Positions 9,990-19,618 of a stretch of 63,626 nt of DNA are shown piece by piece. A model generated the notes under the pieces. It did no database searches. It had not been told where the DNA came from and saw only the letters and a program-made list of their open reading frames with translations. This DNA comes from Candidatus Enterousia sp. (GTDB lineage: Bacteria > Pseudomonadota > Alphaproteobacteria > Rs-D84): assembly GCA_045629645.1 (NCBI GenBank), contig JAZQRR010000026.1, positions 1 to 63,626 on the forward strand. The letters run 5' to 3'. Position 1 is the stretch's first letter; every line of letters starts with the position of its first letter. A program made the position numbers and the translations under genes.

Positions 9990-12900
9990 TTACTGGGCTC
10001 CCCATCCTTCTTTTATTTTTTGCCATCCTACTGATTCTTCTGTTTCTATTTTAGGAACCATTGGAGTGCTTTGGTTGTTTTTGTTTGTGTCTTTTTTGAC
10101 TATATTTATCAGAGAATTTTGTAGAACAGGATCTAAGTTTTTGTTGTTTTTTATTGATTCTATACGACTTTGTTCCATTTCTTTTTCCATTTCAGCTCGA
10201 TGTTGGTCCATCTGTTGTTGTCTTCTTTCTTCTTGTTGTGTCTGGAATTCTTTTTCTGTGAGCCCTGCTTTTTTTAGAGCTTCTTTACGTTCTTTTTCTC
10301 GCTTTTTTCTAAGTTCCCTGTCTCTTTTTTCCTCTTCTTTTTCTTCTTGAATTCTTTCTTTTTCTAATGCTTTTTCAAGCTTTTTTTGATCTTTGTATTT
10401 TTCATAATCTGTTTTTTCACCTTGATTATTTGTTGTATTAAAGTTTGATTGGTTGTTGTTAATGGTGCCGCTGTTGTCGCCCATTTCTGTAATCTGGTTT
10501 GTAGATACCGCTGCGGACAGGCTTAGATTAAAGCCGTCGTTCTGTATGCTGGTAGAACTGGAATTGTTCTGATAGTTTGATTGCAGGTTGCTGCGACTGA
10601 CCTCGCCAAAGACCGCTTCGCCAGATGCAAAACTGATAATTTGTTCCGATACAACTGGTTCTGCGTATGAATTACAGAATTTTCCTTGGTATGTAGAAGA
10701 ATCGTTGCTGCCACCAAATCCAACACCCGCGCCGACGCTTGCACCGGCGCCCAGTGCACCAATTGAGCCACCTACATTAGCGTTTAAACTAGCATTCCAA
10801 CTGCTGGAATTGGTGTTGTATATTCCTTCGTATCCGGTACATGCGTATAAACGGCGTGTCAGACGGCATACCTGTGGGCCGGGTTCGTACATTGATGTAA
10901 TTTCTTCGGCTGCAATTTGCAGGCCATCAATTTCAATCTTGCGTGTTTCAGTTGCGTTTGTTTGTGCGGCGGCAATTGTATCTTTGTTTGATGTGCCAGA
11001 TAATATTATATATCCATCGCCAGATTCTTTTATACCGTATTTAGATTCTTCTAAATTTGTCATCATATTTTCTTGGTCTGTGTCGCCACTGGTCAAAGAT
11101 AAATCAGCCATTGCGTTACACATCAATATGTTACGCAATTCTTGTGAGTGGGAATTTGCCTGTGATATCTCACGTGCGTATTCGCGTTGATAATTATCCT
11201 TGGCCGTGGTTAATAATGAATCAAACATTGTTTCGGCGTATGAATTTATCAGGTTTGGAAAACGCGCCGCGGTGCGTGTGGATGTCTTACGTGTGGCACC
11301 ACTGATTTGTGACATATCACGACCGGTTAAACACATGTGCACCGTTGGATCACTGGCCAATAATGATATTTTGCGATTGAATTCTGCCCCCAGTTCAGCA
11401 ATTACATTTCCGCTGCCAGAAGTTGTTTCTGCGCCCGTGTAAGCGATATTGTATGGTTTTTTTTCTAACGAGAAGTCTAGCCAATCATTTTTTTTGTTTT
11501 CAGGGTGTTTTAATGTTATTTGACCAAAATTTATTAAACCGCTGATCTTATAATCGTTGTTATCAAGTTGTTCAGTTTGTATACTGCCCGAGCCAATCAG
11601 TGTGTTTGCGTCTGCGAATGAACAATAAGATGTACTGCCGCAGATTTCAATCATTTTTGTGTTTATTGCATTTTCGCATGCCTGTAACATATTGTTGTCA
11701 ATGTTTAAAAAGATCCCCTGGGCAACGTTGGCAATATAATTCCTTTTTTCATCTGCGTTTGTGCCATATTCACTGGAATCACATGCAACCAATTTGTCCA
11801 ATGGGCACATGTCCATAATGGCATTCAAATCCAGACCGATACACTGGGTATAATCTGTGCCACAACGGTCGTTTGATTGCAGGCAATCACGTACAGATGT
11901 TGTACATGCGTCAACACGAATCGCCGCCAAACGCGCCGTTATGTGTTTCCAAATATCTGATTTTAATGCCGCGTTCTTTTTTGTTGTGTCAATACCGCAT
12001 GCATTCAATGGAACCTTGCACACGTTTAACATTGTTTCAGGGCGACTTAGACACATGTCGTATGAGCCATCCGGATCATTTGGATCCATATTGTCTTTAC
12101 ATGCCTTTTGAAAACATTCAGAAACATTGTTTAAACAATTCTGGCGTGTATTATTTTCTGAAATTAATTCGGCAGATTTAATTTGTGGTGCAGATTCTTG
12201 TAAAAAAGTATCCCATACCTGATCCGCGACGGCAACACATTGTTTTGTTACCGTTTCACATAATGGTTTTTTTGCCATTAATGTATCGTATGTTGATGCA
12301 GCGATTTCAATATCGGATACAGCGCCCTTGATTTTTATTTTCTTGTTGGCACCAGCACCCTTTTTAGAATTGGTAGAATCCATTGCGAATATATTTGTAC
12401 ATCCAGAAAAGTCTTCGCCACAGCCACCTGTTGTTTGCATACATTCACGGAACCGAATCGTACACTGGGACAGACCATATTTGTTTGCCGCCTGGTGCGC
12501 TTCCAGTGCCGCTTCGCGTAGGGCGCGTTCAGCCGCAGCCAATTTTTCAGACGATTCGTTACGTTTCTTTTTTATTGTGTTTTCATATGCCATACAATCT
12601 GACTTTACACGTTGAGAATACAGTAACTTGATTGTCTTTAAACTGGCCGAACATTCTGGGATTTGTTCAGAACATACCTGATCCGCCATTTTGTACAGGG
12701 CATCCCCTTCGGTCGGGGTGGCGTCCGATTGGCTTGCAGATTTGAATACATCAATTTCTTCAAAGGCGTTGGTGTCAAATGCGGAAAAGTCCAGTTTGCG
12801 TTCGCCAGATTTATTTGCACTGTCGCGGTTGCGGATGGAATTTGCAACGTTGTTGGCCATGGAAATTACAGCGTCGGCATCAGATCCCATTTCAATTTGT

Positions 12901-13436
12901 TCAATGCCAACAGTTGCCATTTGGTAAGATTGTTCGTCTATTTTTTCAATCTCTGCCAAGGCTTTGTTTAATTCCATGCTTTTATCGCTGCATACGCAAC
13001 GTCCACCGTTGGCGTTATCCATCATACAAAAAGAATCCATACAACCGTTATACTTTGTTGTACATTCTTCATCTGCAATAACGTTTTGTGTTGCGGTTGT
13101 AACCTTGGTTCCAGTACTGATAACCTTTTGCGTTGTTCCAGCGCGTGCAGCGACCGTTTTTGGTGCAGATGTCGCATTTTGTTTTGGTGTCGCACTGCGC
13201 GCCGCAGTCGCACGTGGGGCAGTTGTGTTGCCGGATACAGGTGCGCGTGCCGCACCACGCGATGAGGCCGCACGTGCAGATGTTGCCGCAGGGGCCGATT
13301 GTGTATTCTGGGCAGGTTGGGCGGTGGTGCCAGACACCGGTGCGCGTGCAGAACGACGTGCAGTCGCAGCAATAGATGCGTCGCTGTGTGTCAAACCAAT
13401 AATAACTAGTAATGATAATAATGCACGATTAATCAT
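9990..13436 (-). CDS. Giant Cys-rich secreted protein, family member A (about 1148 aa), with a C-terminal Glu/Lys/Arg-rich coiled-coil tail
   Basis: GGAAGGGA RBS followed by an ATG at 13436. Signal peptide MINRALLSLLVIIGLTHSDASIAA, Ala/Arg/Ser/Thr low-complexity region, then the CMDSFC core motifs. Confidence 0.8.
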   Translation of the reverse strand: MINRALLSLLVIIGLTHSDASIAATARRSARAPVSGTTAQPAQNTQSAPAATSARAASSRGAARAPVSGNTTAPRATAARSATPKQNATSAPKTVAARAGTTQKVISTGTKVTTATQNVIADEECTTKYNGCMDSFCMMDNANGGRCVCSDKSMELNKALAEIEKIDEQSYQMATVGIEQIEMGSDADAVISMANNVANSIRNRDSANKSGERKLDFSAFDTNAFEEIDVFKSASQSDATPTEGDALYKMADQVCSEQIPECSASLKTIKLLYSQRVKSDCMAYENTIKKKRNESSEKLAAAERALREAALEAHQAANKYGLSQCTIRFRECMQTTGGCGEDFSGCTNIFAMDSTNSKKGAGANKKIKIKGAVSDIEIAASTYDTLMAKKPLCETVTKQCVAVADQVWDTFLQESAPQIKSAELISENNTRQNCLNNVSECFQKACKDNMDPNDPDGSYDMCLSRPETMLNVCKVPLNACGIDTTKKNAALKSDIWKHITARLAAIRVDACTTSVRDCLQSNDRCGTDYTQCIGLDLNAIMDMCPLDKLVACDSSEYGTNADEKRNYIANVAQGIFLNIDNNMLQACENAINTKMIEICGSTSYCSFADANTLIGSGSIQTEQLDNNDYKISGLINFGQITLKHPENKKNDWLDFSLEKKPYNIAYTGAETTSGSGNVIAELGAEFNRKISLLASDPTVHMCLTGRDMSQISGATRKTSTRTAARFPNLINSYAETMFDSLLTTAKDNYQREYAREISQANSHSQELRNILMCNAMADLSLTSGDTDQENMMTNLEESKYGIKESGDGYIILSGTSNKDTIAAAQTNATETRKIEIDGLQIAAEEITSMYEPGPQVCRLTRRLYACTGYEGIYNTNSSSWNASLNANVGGSIGALGAGASVGAGVGFGGSNDSSTYQGKFCNSYAEPVVSEQIISFASGEAVFGEVSRSNLQSNYQNNSSSTSIQNDGFNLSLSAAVSTNQITEMGDNSGTINNNQSNFNTTNNQGEKTDYEKYKDQKKLEKALEKERIQEEKEEEKRDRELRKKREKERKEALKKAGLTEKEFQTQQEERRQQQMDQHRAEMEKEMEQSRIESIKNNKNLDPVLQNSLINIVKKDTNKNNQSTPMVPKIETEESVGWQKIKEGWGAQ

Positions 13437-13581
13437 CAAATTCCCTTCCAATTTAATTGATTTTATCATATTAATGGTTTTATTAAAAGTATAATTTTTT
13501 TATTTTTGTTATTTTTTATCTAAATATGGCTTTAAAAAAGTATAGATTTGTGATAAAATTAATCAAATTGGAAAGAGAGTA

Positions 13582-16491
13582 ATGAAAAAAATACTTGCTG
13601 TTTTGGCGATGTTTTCTTGGGTTGCAGGTGCTGCGGATGCGGCGACGGCGCGTCGTTCTGCGCGCACACCGGCGTCTCAGACAGCGCCAACGGCAAATGC
13701 TGCACGCAGTGCAACCAATGCCCGTGCGGCGCGTGCGCCGGCAACTGCGAATGCAGGGGTGGGGGTGCGTGCGACTGCGGCACGCAGTGCGACACCAAAA
13801 CAAAATGCGACATCTGCACCAAAAACGGTTGCTGCACGCGCCGGAACAACGCAAAAGGTTATCAGTACTGGAACCAAGGTTGCAACCGCAACGCAAAATG
13901 TGGTGGTGGGCGAAGAGTGTGCTGCGAAATTTAACGGTTGTATGGATTCTTTTTGTATGCTGGATAATGAAAATGGCGGCAGATGTATTTGCAGTAATAA
14001 ACATACGACTTTTGATTCTATTCTGGAAGAGATAGAGGCACTGGATCAGCGTTCTTATGAAATGGTAACGCTGGGGATAGAACAGGTTGAAATGGGTGCT
14101 AATGCCGATAAGGCTATTGATATGGCGGATGCTGTTACGGCAAAGCTGGATGCCAAGAAAAAACGTGATAGAATTGATTTGTCTATGTGGTCCAGTAAAG
14201 ATGATGAAGTAGATAATATAAGTATGTCTGAATTGGATGGTAAAAAAGGTGATGAATTATATGCCGCAGTTGCAAATATCTGTCGTGCCAGAATACCAGA
14301 ATGTGCGTCCGATTTACAAATGCTGCAAATGATGTATTCCAGACAAATTCAATCGGATTGTGCAGCGTATGAAAACAGTTTGAAACAAAAAAAGACCAAG
14401 GCAATTGAAAATCTGGATACTGCAGAAAGAAGTTTGCGTAAGGCGGCCTTGGAACAATATGAGTCTGCAAATAAATATGATTTGGGGCAATGTACCGTTC
14501 GATTCAAGGAATGTATGCAAACAACAGCAGGGTGCGGTGATGACTTTTCTGGGTGCGCACAGGTTGTTGCAATGGAATCTACAAATGTAAAAACAAAAAA
14601 TGATAAACAGAAAACTTATATTATCCAAGGGGCGTTGTCGGGGGTTCAGATTTCTGCGTCAACATATGATACATTGATGGCAAAAAAGACAATTTGCGAA
14701 AATGTTACAAAACAATGTGTCGATGTCGCAGATCAGGTATTTGATGCGTTTTTGCGCGATGTGGCGCCCCAGGTCAAGGCAGCGGAATTAATCGCAGAAG
14801 ATAAAATGCGTCAAAATTGTGTTGTAAATATTTCTGATTGTTTCCAGCAGGCGTGTAAAGATAATATTGATCCAAATGATCCAGATGGATCGTATGATCT
14901 GTGTTTAACGCGGCCAGAGGCAATGTTGAACCTGTGTAAGGTTCCATTAAACGCCTGTGGTATTAATACAATGCAAGAATCTACGGCACAGCAGTCGTCA
15001 ATATGGAACTATGTTCTGGACAGGTTGGCGTCAATGCGTGTTGATGCGTGCACAACGCAAATCAAAGATTGCTTGCGCGATAATGATAGATGTGGTTCTG
15101 ATTATACACAATGTATGGGGCTGGATATAGATTCTGTGGTTAATATGTGTCCATTAGATAAATTGGTCGCTTGTAATTCCAGTGCCTATGGTGTAGATGT
15201 GGCGCAAAAAGTAAATTATATTTATTCTGTTGCCCAAGGAATTTTGTTGGGAATTGATAATACTTTTTATGCACAATGTGAAGCCGCAGTAAAAAACAAA
15301 ATGGTCGAAATGTGCGGCAGCATTTATAATTGTAATGCAGATCAAAATGAATATCTGGGTAAAAATAGTTTGCGTGTTCAACAACAGACTTCGGGTGATT
15401 GGTTAATTGATGGAACAGTTATGTTTGGCAGTATTAATATGTCGCATCCAACAGATAATGGTGTATTAGATGGTGGTTATACAGTTACTTATAATGTAAA
15501 TAGTGCTGATGGCAAGGGGCAAGATGTTTACGAACGTATTAATCAAACCGTTGTCGCAGATATTCAAAGCGAATTGAACAGAAAAATGTCTATATTGATG
15601 ACAGATCCGACAATTAATATGTGTATAAATGGACGTGATATGGGACAAATTACACGTGGTGCAGGACGTGATACGGCCAGATTCCCGAATCTGTTGGTGC
15701 CGTATGCGAATATTATGTTTGATTCACTGATTGATACGGCGATGATTAATTATAATTTGGAATATGCAAATGCGTTTTCCAAGGCAAATTCATTGTCAGA
15801 GCAATATAAGAACACATTGTTCTGTAACGCAATGGTCAAGAAAAATCAAAGTCCAGTGGAAATGGCACAAAGTCAGACAGGTGTCAAGGAATATACGGAT
15901 TATTCAGTGTTAATTGCGGGAACATTTGATAAAAATATGCTGGATGCAATTAACGAAGGGGCCGAGGCTGAAAATATCGTTTATGTTGATGAAGTTGTTG
16001 CAAATGAAAAACATAAAACAGAAATTGCGCGTGAAAGAATGTCTGCGGTTTATGAACCGGGGCCCAAGGTTTGTCGTATAACCAAGACAATTTATCCATG
16101 TGTTGGATATGATTCTGCGTTTAATTCAGAATCTACATCATGGAATGCAGCGGCGCATGTAACGGTTGCAGGTACGGGTGGTGGATTTGAGGCAGGCGGT
16201 TCGGAATCTTCGACCAAGTACGTTGGTAAATATTGTTCGCAATATGCAGAGCCGTTGATTACGGAACAGATAATTAATTTTGCAGATGAAAATGTTATTG
16301 CGGGTAATATAACACGCAGTAATGTTACGTCAATGGTTGTTAATAATAATCAGGTTACAAATTCTACGTCTACTTCTGTTGGGGTATCGTTAAGTGCGGA
16401 TGTAAGTTCGGATCAAATTACAAATATTGAAAATAATAATGGTACTATTAACAATAATGGTAGAGGAACGGTTAATACAAATAAGAAATAG
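13582..16491 (+). CDS. Giant Cys-rich secreted protein, family member B (969 aa)
   Basis: Signal peptide MKKILAVLAMFSWVAGAADA. Colinear with member A throughout and divergently transcribed from it. Confidence 0.85.
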   Translation: MKKILAVLAMFSWVAGAADAATARRSARTPASQTAPTANAARSATNARAARAPATANAGVGVRATAARSATPKQNATSAPKTVAARAGTTQKVISTGTKVATATQNVVVGEECAAKFNGCMDSFCMLDNENGGRCICSNKHTTFDSILEEIEALDQRSYEMVTLGIEQVEMGANADKAIDMADAVTAKLDAKKKRDRIDLSMWSSKDDEVDNISMSELDGKKGDELYAAVANICRARIPECASDLQMLQMMYSRQIQSDCAAYENSLKQKKTKAIENLDTAERSLRKAALEQYESANKYDLGQCTVRFKECMQTTAGCGDDFSGCAQVVAMESTNVKTKNDKQKTYIIQGALSGVQISASTYDTLMAKKTICENVTKQCVDVADQVFDAFLRDVAPQVKAAELIAEDKMRQNCVVNISDCFQQACKDNIDPNDPDGSYDLCLTRPEAMLNLCKVPLNACGINTMQESTAQQSSIWNYVLDRLASMRVDACTTQIKDCLRDNDRCGSDYTQCMGLDIDSVVNMCPLDKLVACNSSAYGVDVAQKVNYIYSVAQGILLGIDNTFYAQCEAAVKNKMVEMCGSIYNCNADQNEYLGKNSLRVQQQTSGDWLIDGTVMFGSINMSHPTDNGVLDGGYTVTYNVNSADGKGQDVYERINQTVVADIQSELNRKMSILMTDPTINMCINGRDMGQITRGAGRDTARFPNLLVPYANIMFDSLIDTAMINYNLEYANAFSKANSLSEQYKNTLFCNAMVKKNQSPVEMAQSQTGVKEYTDYSVLIAGTFDKNMLDAINEGAEAENIVYVDEVVANEKHKTEIARERMSAVYEPGPKVCRITKTIYPCVGYDSAFNSESTSWNAAAHVTVAGTGGGFEAGGSESSTKYVGKYCSQYAEPLITEQIINFADENVIAGNITRSNVTSMVVNNNQVTNSTSTSVGVSLSADVSSDQITNIENNNGTINNNGRGTVNTNKK

Positions 16492-16493
16492 TA

Positions 16494-16527
16494 AAAATGT
16501 CCGTCATTGACGGATGTTTTTTTATAA
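16494..16527 (+). terminator. Intrinsic terminator after member B
   Basis: TCCGTCATTGACGGA hairpin followed by a T-run. Confidence 0.55.
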
Positions 16528-16533
16528 TTTTAC

Positions 16534-16562
16534 TTGATTTTCTGGTTTGTGTGCGGTATTAT
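16534..16562 (+). promoter_or_regulatory. Candidate sigma70-type promoter for rpsB-tsf
   Basis: TTGATT, 17-nt spacer, TATTAT, about 115 nt upstream of the rpsB ATG. Confidence 0.35.
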
Positions 16563-16676
16563 CTGGGCACGCACTTGGTGCGAAGAACACAACCGTTCTG
16601 CAAAAATTTGTGTCTGGATGTATGTCCGGTCTGGCGCAGACGGTGAGGATAATAACACAAAACAAAGGAAAAAATC

Positions 16677-17528
16677 ATGGCATTGCCAACATTTACAATG
16701 AAACAGTTGATGGAAGCTGGTGTGCATTTTGATCACCATACACGTCGCTGGAATCCATTGATGACACCATATGTTTATGGCGTTAAAGATAAAATTCACA
16801 TCATTAACTTGAACAAAACAGCACCGTTGTTGCATCGTTCTTTGGTTGCATTGGAAGCAATCGCGGCCGCAGGTGGCAAGGTTCTGTTCGTTGCAACAAA
16901 ACATCAGGCCAAAGATATTGTTAAAGATGCAGCTGAACGTTGTGGTCAGTTTTATGTTAACAATCGTTGGTTGGGTGGTATGTTGACTAACTGGACTACG
17001 GTTTCTCAGTCAATTCGTCGCTTAAAGAAAATGGAAGCGGATATTGCGAATGCTGACAAATTGGGCTTGACCAAAAAAGAAGTCGGCGTTATGACCAAAG
17101 AAGTTGAAAAATTACGTGGTATCTTTGGTGGTATCTTGGAAATGCACGGTACCCCACAGGCGATGGTTGTTATTGATGTGCCACGTGAAATGAATGCCGT
17201 ACGTGAAGCCAAAAATTTGGATATACCAACAATCGCTATTTGTGATACAAATGCGAATCCAGAAATGGTTGATTATCCTGTCCCAGGTAATGATGACGCA
17301 GCACGCGCAACACAGTTGTATTGTGATTTGTTCGTTGATGCAATCTTGTCTGGTATCGAAAAACGTTTGGGCGGCGCAGCAGGTAAAAAAGTTGAATCTG
17401 ATATGCGCGCAGATGCAGCAGATGAATTAGAAGATGATATCAAAGAAAAAGAAGCAAAAATCAAATCTAAGACATCCGAAGCACGTGCAGAACGTCGCAG
17501 CAAATTGGCAGACAAAGCAGATAAATAA
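16677..17528 (+). CDS. rpsB: 30S ribosomal protein S2
   Basis: LMEAGVHFDHHTRRWNPLM... is S2-like. Has an acidic/basic C-terminal extension. Confidence 0.95.
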   Translation: MALPTFTMKQLMEAGVHFDHHTRRWNPLMTPYVYGVKDKIHIINLNKTAPLLHRSLVALEAIAAAGGKVLFVATKHQAKDIVKDAAERCGQFYVNNRWLGGMLTNWTTVSQSIRRLKKMEADIANADKLGLTKKEVGVMTKEVEKLRGIFGGILEMHGTPQAMVVIDVPREMNAVREAKNLDIPTIAICDTNANPEMVDYPVPGNDDAARATQLYCDLFVDAILSGIEKRLGGAAGKKVESDMRADAADELEDDIKEKEAKIKSKTSEARAERRSKLADKADK

Positions 17529-17594
17529 TATCTGTGGTCTTAATCGCGCAGGGGTAACCCTGCGCAAATAAATTATTAACGGGAGAAAATTACA

Positions 17595-18464
17595 ATGGCA
17601 GAAATTACAGCAAAATTAATTCAAGAATTGCGCGAAAAAACATCCGCAGGTATGATGGATTGTAAAAAAGCATTGATTGAAAATGACGGTGATATCCAAG
17701 CTGCTGCAGATTGGTTGCGTCAAAAGGGTATTGTCAAGGCGGCTTCAAAAGCAGGTCGTGTTGCAGCGTCTGGTTTGGTTACTGTTGTTAAAACAGATGG
17801 TATGGGTTGCGTTGTTGAATTAAATGCAGAAACAGACTTTGTTGCAAAAAATGAAAAATTCCAGAAATTGGTTGCAGATGTTGCTGCCAAGGCTGTTGAA
17901 TTGGATGGAAATTTTGATGCAACAATGGATGCTGTGAAAGATGATATCGCTGCAACAATTGCAACAATTGGTGAAAATATGAATTTGCGTCGTATCGCAA
18001 AAGTAAATGGTGATAAAATCTTTACTTATATTCATAATGCGTTGGTTCCAGGTATGGGACAAATTGGTGTTGCTGTTGCAATCAATGGTGACGATGCAAA
18101 AATCGATGAAATTGGTTCCAAGGTTGCAATGCATATTGCAGCAAATAAACCTGAATTTATGACAATTGCTGATGTTGATCCTGTTGCAGTTGAACGTGAA
18201 AAGAAAGTGTTTATTGAATCAGGTGCAACAGCTGGTAAACCAGAAAACATCGTTGAAAAGATGGTAGAAGGCCGTATTAAAAAATATTATGGCGAATCTG
18301 TATTAGAAGAACAGCCATTTGTTATGGATCCTTCTAAGACAGTAAAAGATGTTGTTGCAGAAGCTGGTGGTAAATTGGCTGGTTTTGCATGCTTTGTGTT
18401 GGGCGAAGGTATTGAAAAACGTGAAGATAACTTGGCAGACGAAGTTGCAAAAATGTTAGCGTAA
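17595..18464 (+). CDS. tsf: Elongation factor Ts
   Basis: AKLIQELREKTSAGMMDCKKAL is the EF-Ts signature. Confidence 0.95.
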   Translation: MAEITAKLIQELREKTSAGMMDCKKALIENDGDIQAAADWLRQKGIVKAASKAGRVAASGLVTVVKTDGMGCVVELNAETDFVAKNEKFQKLVADVAAKAVELDGNFDATMDAVKDDIAATIATIGENMNLRRIAKVNGDKIFTYIHNALVPGMGQIGVAVAINGDDAKIDEIGSKVAMHIAANKPEFMTIADVDPVAVEREKKVFIESGATAGKPENIVEKMVEGRIKKYYGESVLEEQPFVMDPSKTVKDVVAEAGGKLAGFACFVLGEGIEKREDNLADEVAKMLA

Positions 18465-18472
18465 TAACAAAT

Positions 18473-18501
18473 AAAAAAATCCCCGTTTGGGGATTTTTTT
18501 T
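18473..18501. terminator. Stereotyped bidirectional terminator palindrome
   Basis: AAAAAAATCCCCGTTTGGGGATTTTTTTT between convergent genes. Confidence 0.7.
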
Positions 18502-18507
18502 ATGTCT

Positions 18508-19482
18508 TTATTCTGGTAATTCTGTTGGGGATGATATGATTGTTATGCCGTCTGATTCCCACTTTTTGATTAAATCGTCAATGTCTAAAATATTTTTTGT
18601 TTCCAGATATAAAACAGGTGTTACATTGTGTGTCTGTGCAATGTTTTGGACCGTTTTTATTGGGGATTGACGTGTTTTTCCACTGGCGAACCAATTGTCT
18701 TCGTCTGTTACCCAAAAGTCATTGTCGTCATGTGTTATGATGGCGTGTTTTTTTGTTATAATCACATCTTGTTCTGTTTTGTATTCTTGGTTTTTTGTGT
18801 CCAGATATTTTGTTATTGTGTTGGTTATATTTTCTGGTTGTGTTGGTGTGCTGTCAAAATTTATTTCTGAAAACACAGGCGCTGACATTGTGTCGGGTGT
18901 ATTTTCATTGTCAAACTGGATATCAAAATCTGTTGGCAGTGGTATTGTATCACCAAGGTCGTTTGGGGTGTCTGTAAATGTGTCTTGTGCGTTCAAGTTT
19001 TTCGGCGTTTCAATGTGAATTAATTGTGTCTTTTTTAATGCGCGTGCAAAACTGTTTTGTATCTCTAACGGTATTGCGGGGTTGATTGTGACAGTGTTTA
19101 CAGAATCAGAAGATTGTGTTTCTTTTGTTTCTGGGGGTGTTGTTGGGGCAGGTGTGTTTTTTTGTGATGGTTCATCTGGTGCCCACAAGTCAATAAAAAA
19201 TTTCGGAATTTTTAATGTTGGTAATTTAATCAGCATTTCTTTTTTCTTGATTACCAGTTTTGTTGTGGCGATGTACAAAGGAATTATTGCAAAGATAAAC
19301 ATCGTGAATATAAAACCGCCAAAGCCACTTAGGCGGGCATGTAATAATACTTGCCATTGGTGTAAGTTAAAAATATTAAAGTTGAATAAAATATACGATA
19401 TTGTCCATACGAAAAAACAGTACCATAATGTCCATGATATGGTGTGTTTATTGTTGTTAAAAAGTTCGAATATTTTACTCAT
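18508..19482 (-). CDS. Hypothetical membrane protein with N-terminal TM helices, a Pro/Thr-rich linker and an acidic C-terminal domain
   Basis: 324-aa ORF with hydrophobic segments in the first ~90 aa. No recognisable family. Confidence 0.55.
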   Translation of the reverse strand: MSKIFELFNNNKHTISWTLWYCFFVWTISYILFNFNIFNLHQWQVLLHARLSGFGGFIFTMFIFAIIPLYIATTKLVIKKKEMLIKLPTLKIPKFFIDLWAPDEPSQKNTPAPTTPPETKETQSSDSVNTVTINPAIPLEIQNSFARALKKTQLIHIETPKNLNAQDTFTDTPNDLGDTIPLPTDFDIQFDNENTPDTMSAPVFSEINFDSTPTQPENITNTITKYLDTKNQEYKTEQDVIITKKHAIITHDDNDFWVTDEDNWFASGKTRQSPIKTVQNIAQTHNVTPVLYLETKNILDIDDLIKKWESDGITIISSPTELPE

Positions 19483-19618
19483 ATTTTTATTATAGACAAC
19501 ACAAAACGTTTGTCAAATATAAAATAAATGTTTATTTTTTTATTTCATTGTTAAAAAAGTCTTTTTTTGTTTGTTGTTTTATGGCATAATATAACAGATA
19601 AATAGGGAGGATATTTTT

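Noticed and set aside
10588-13494. Many 60-200 aa ORFs on the strand opposite family member A (for example 10588-11190, 12964-13494, 13022-13372)
   Set aside because: They lie entirely inside a long ORF that has clear paralog support. The Ala/Arg-rich GC-biased repeats keep antisense frames open. None has an RBS or a recognisable protein feature.
13516-14035. ORFs 13516-14004(-), 13595-14035(+) and 13617-13934(+), Arg/Cys-rich
   Set aside because: These are alternative-frame or antisense shadows of the GC-rich N-terminal repeat region of member B. Their composition is an artefact of the GCN/CGN-rich sequence.
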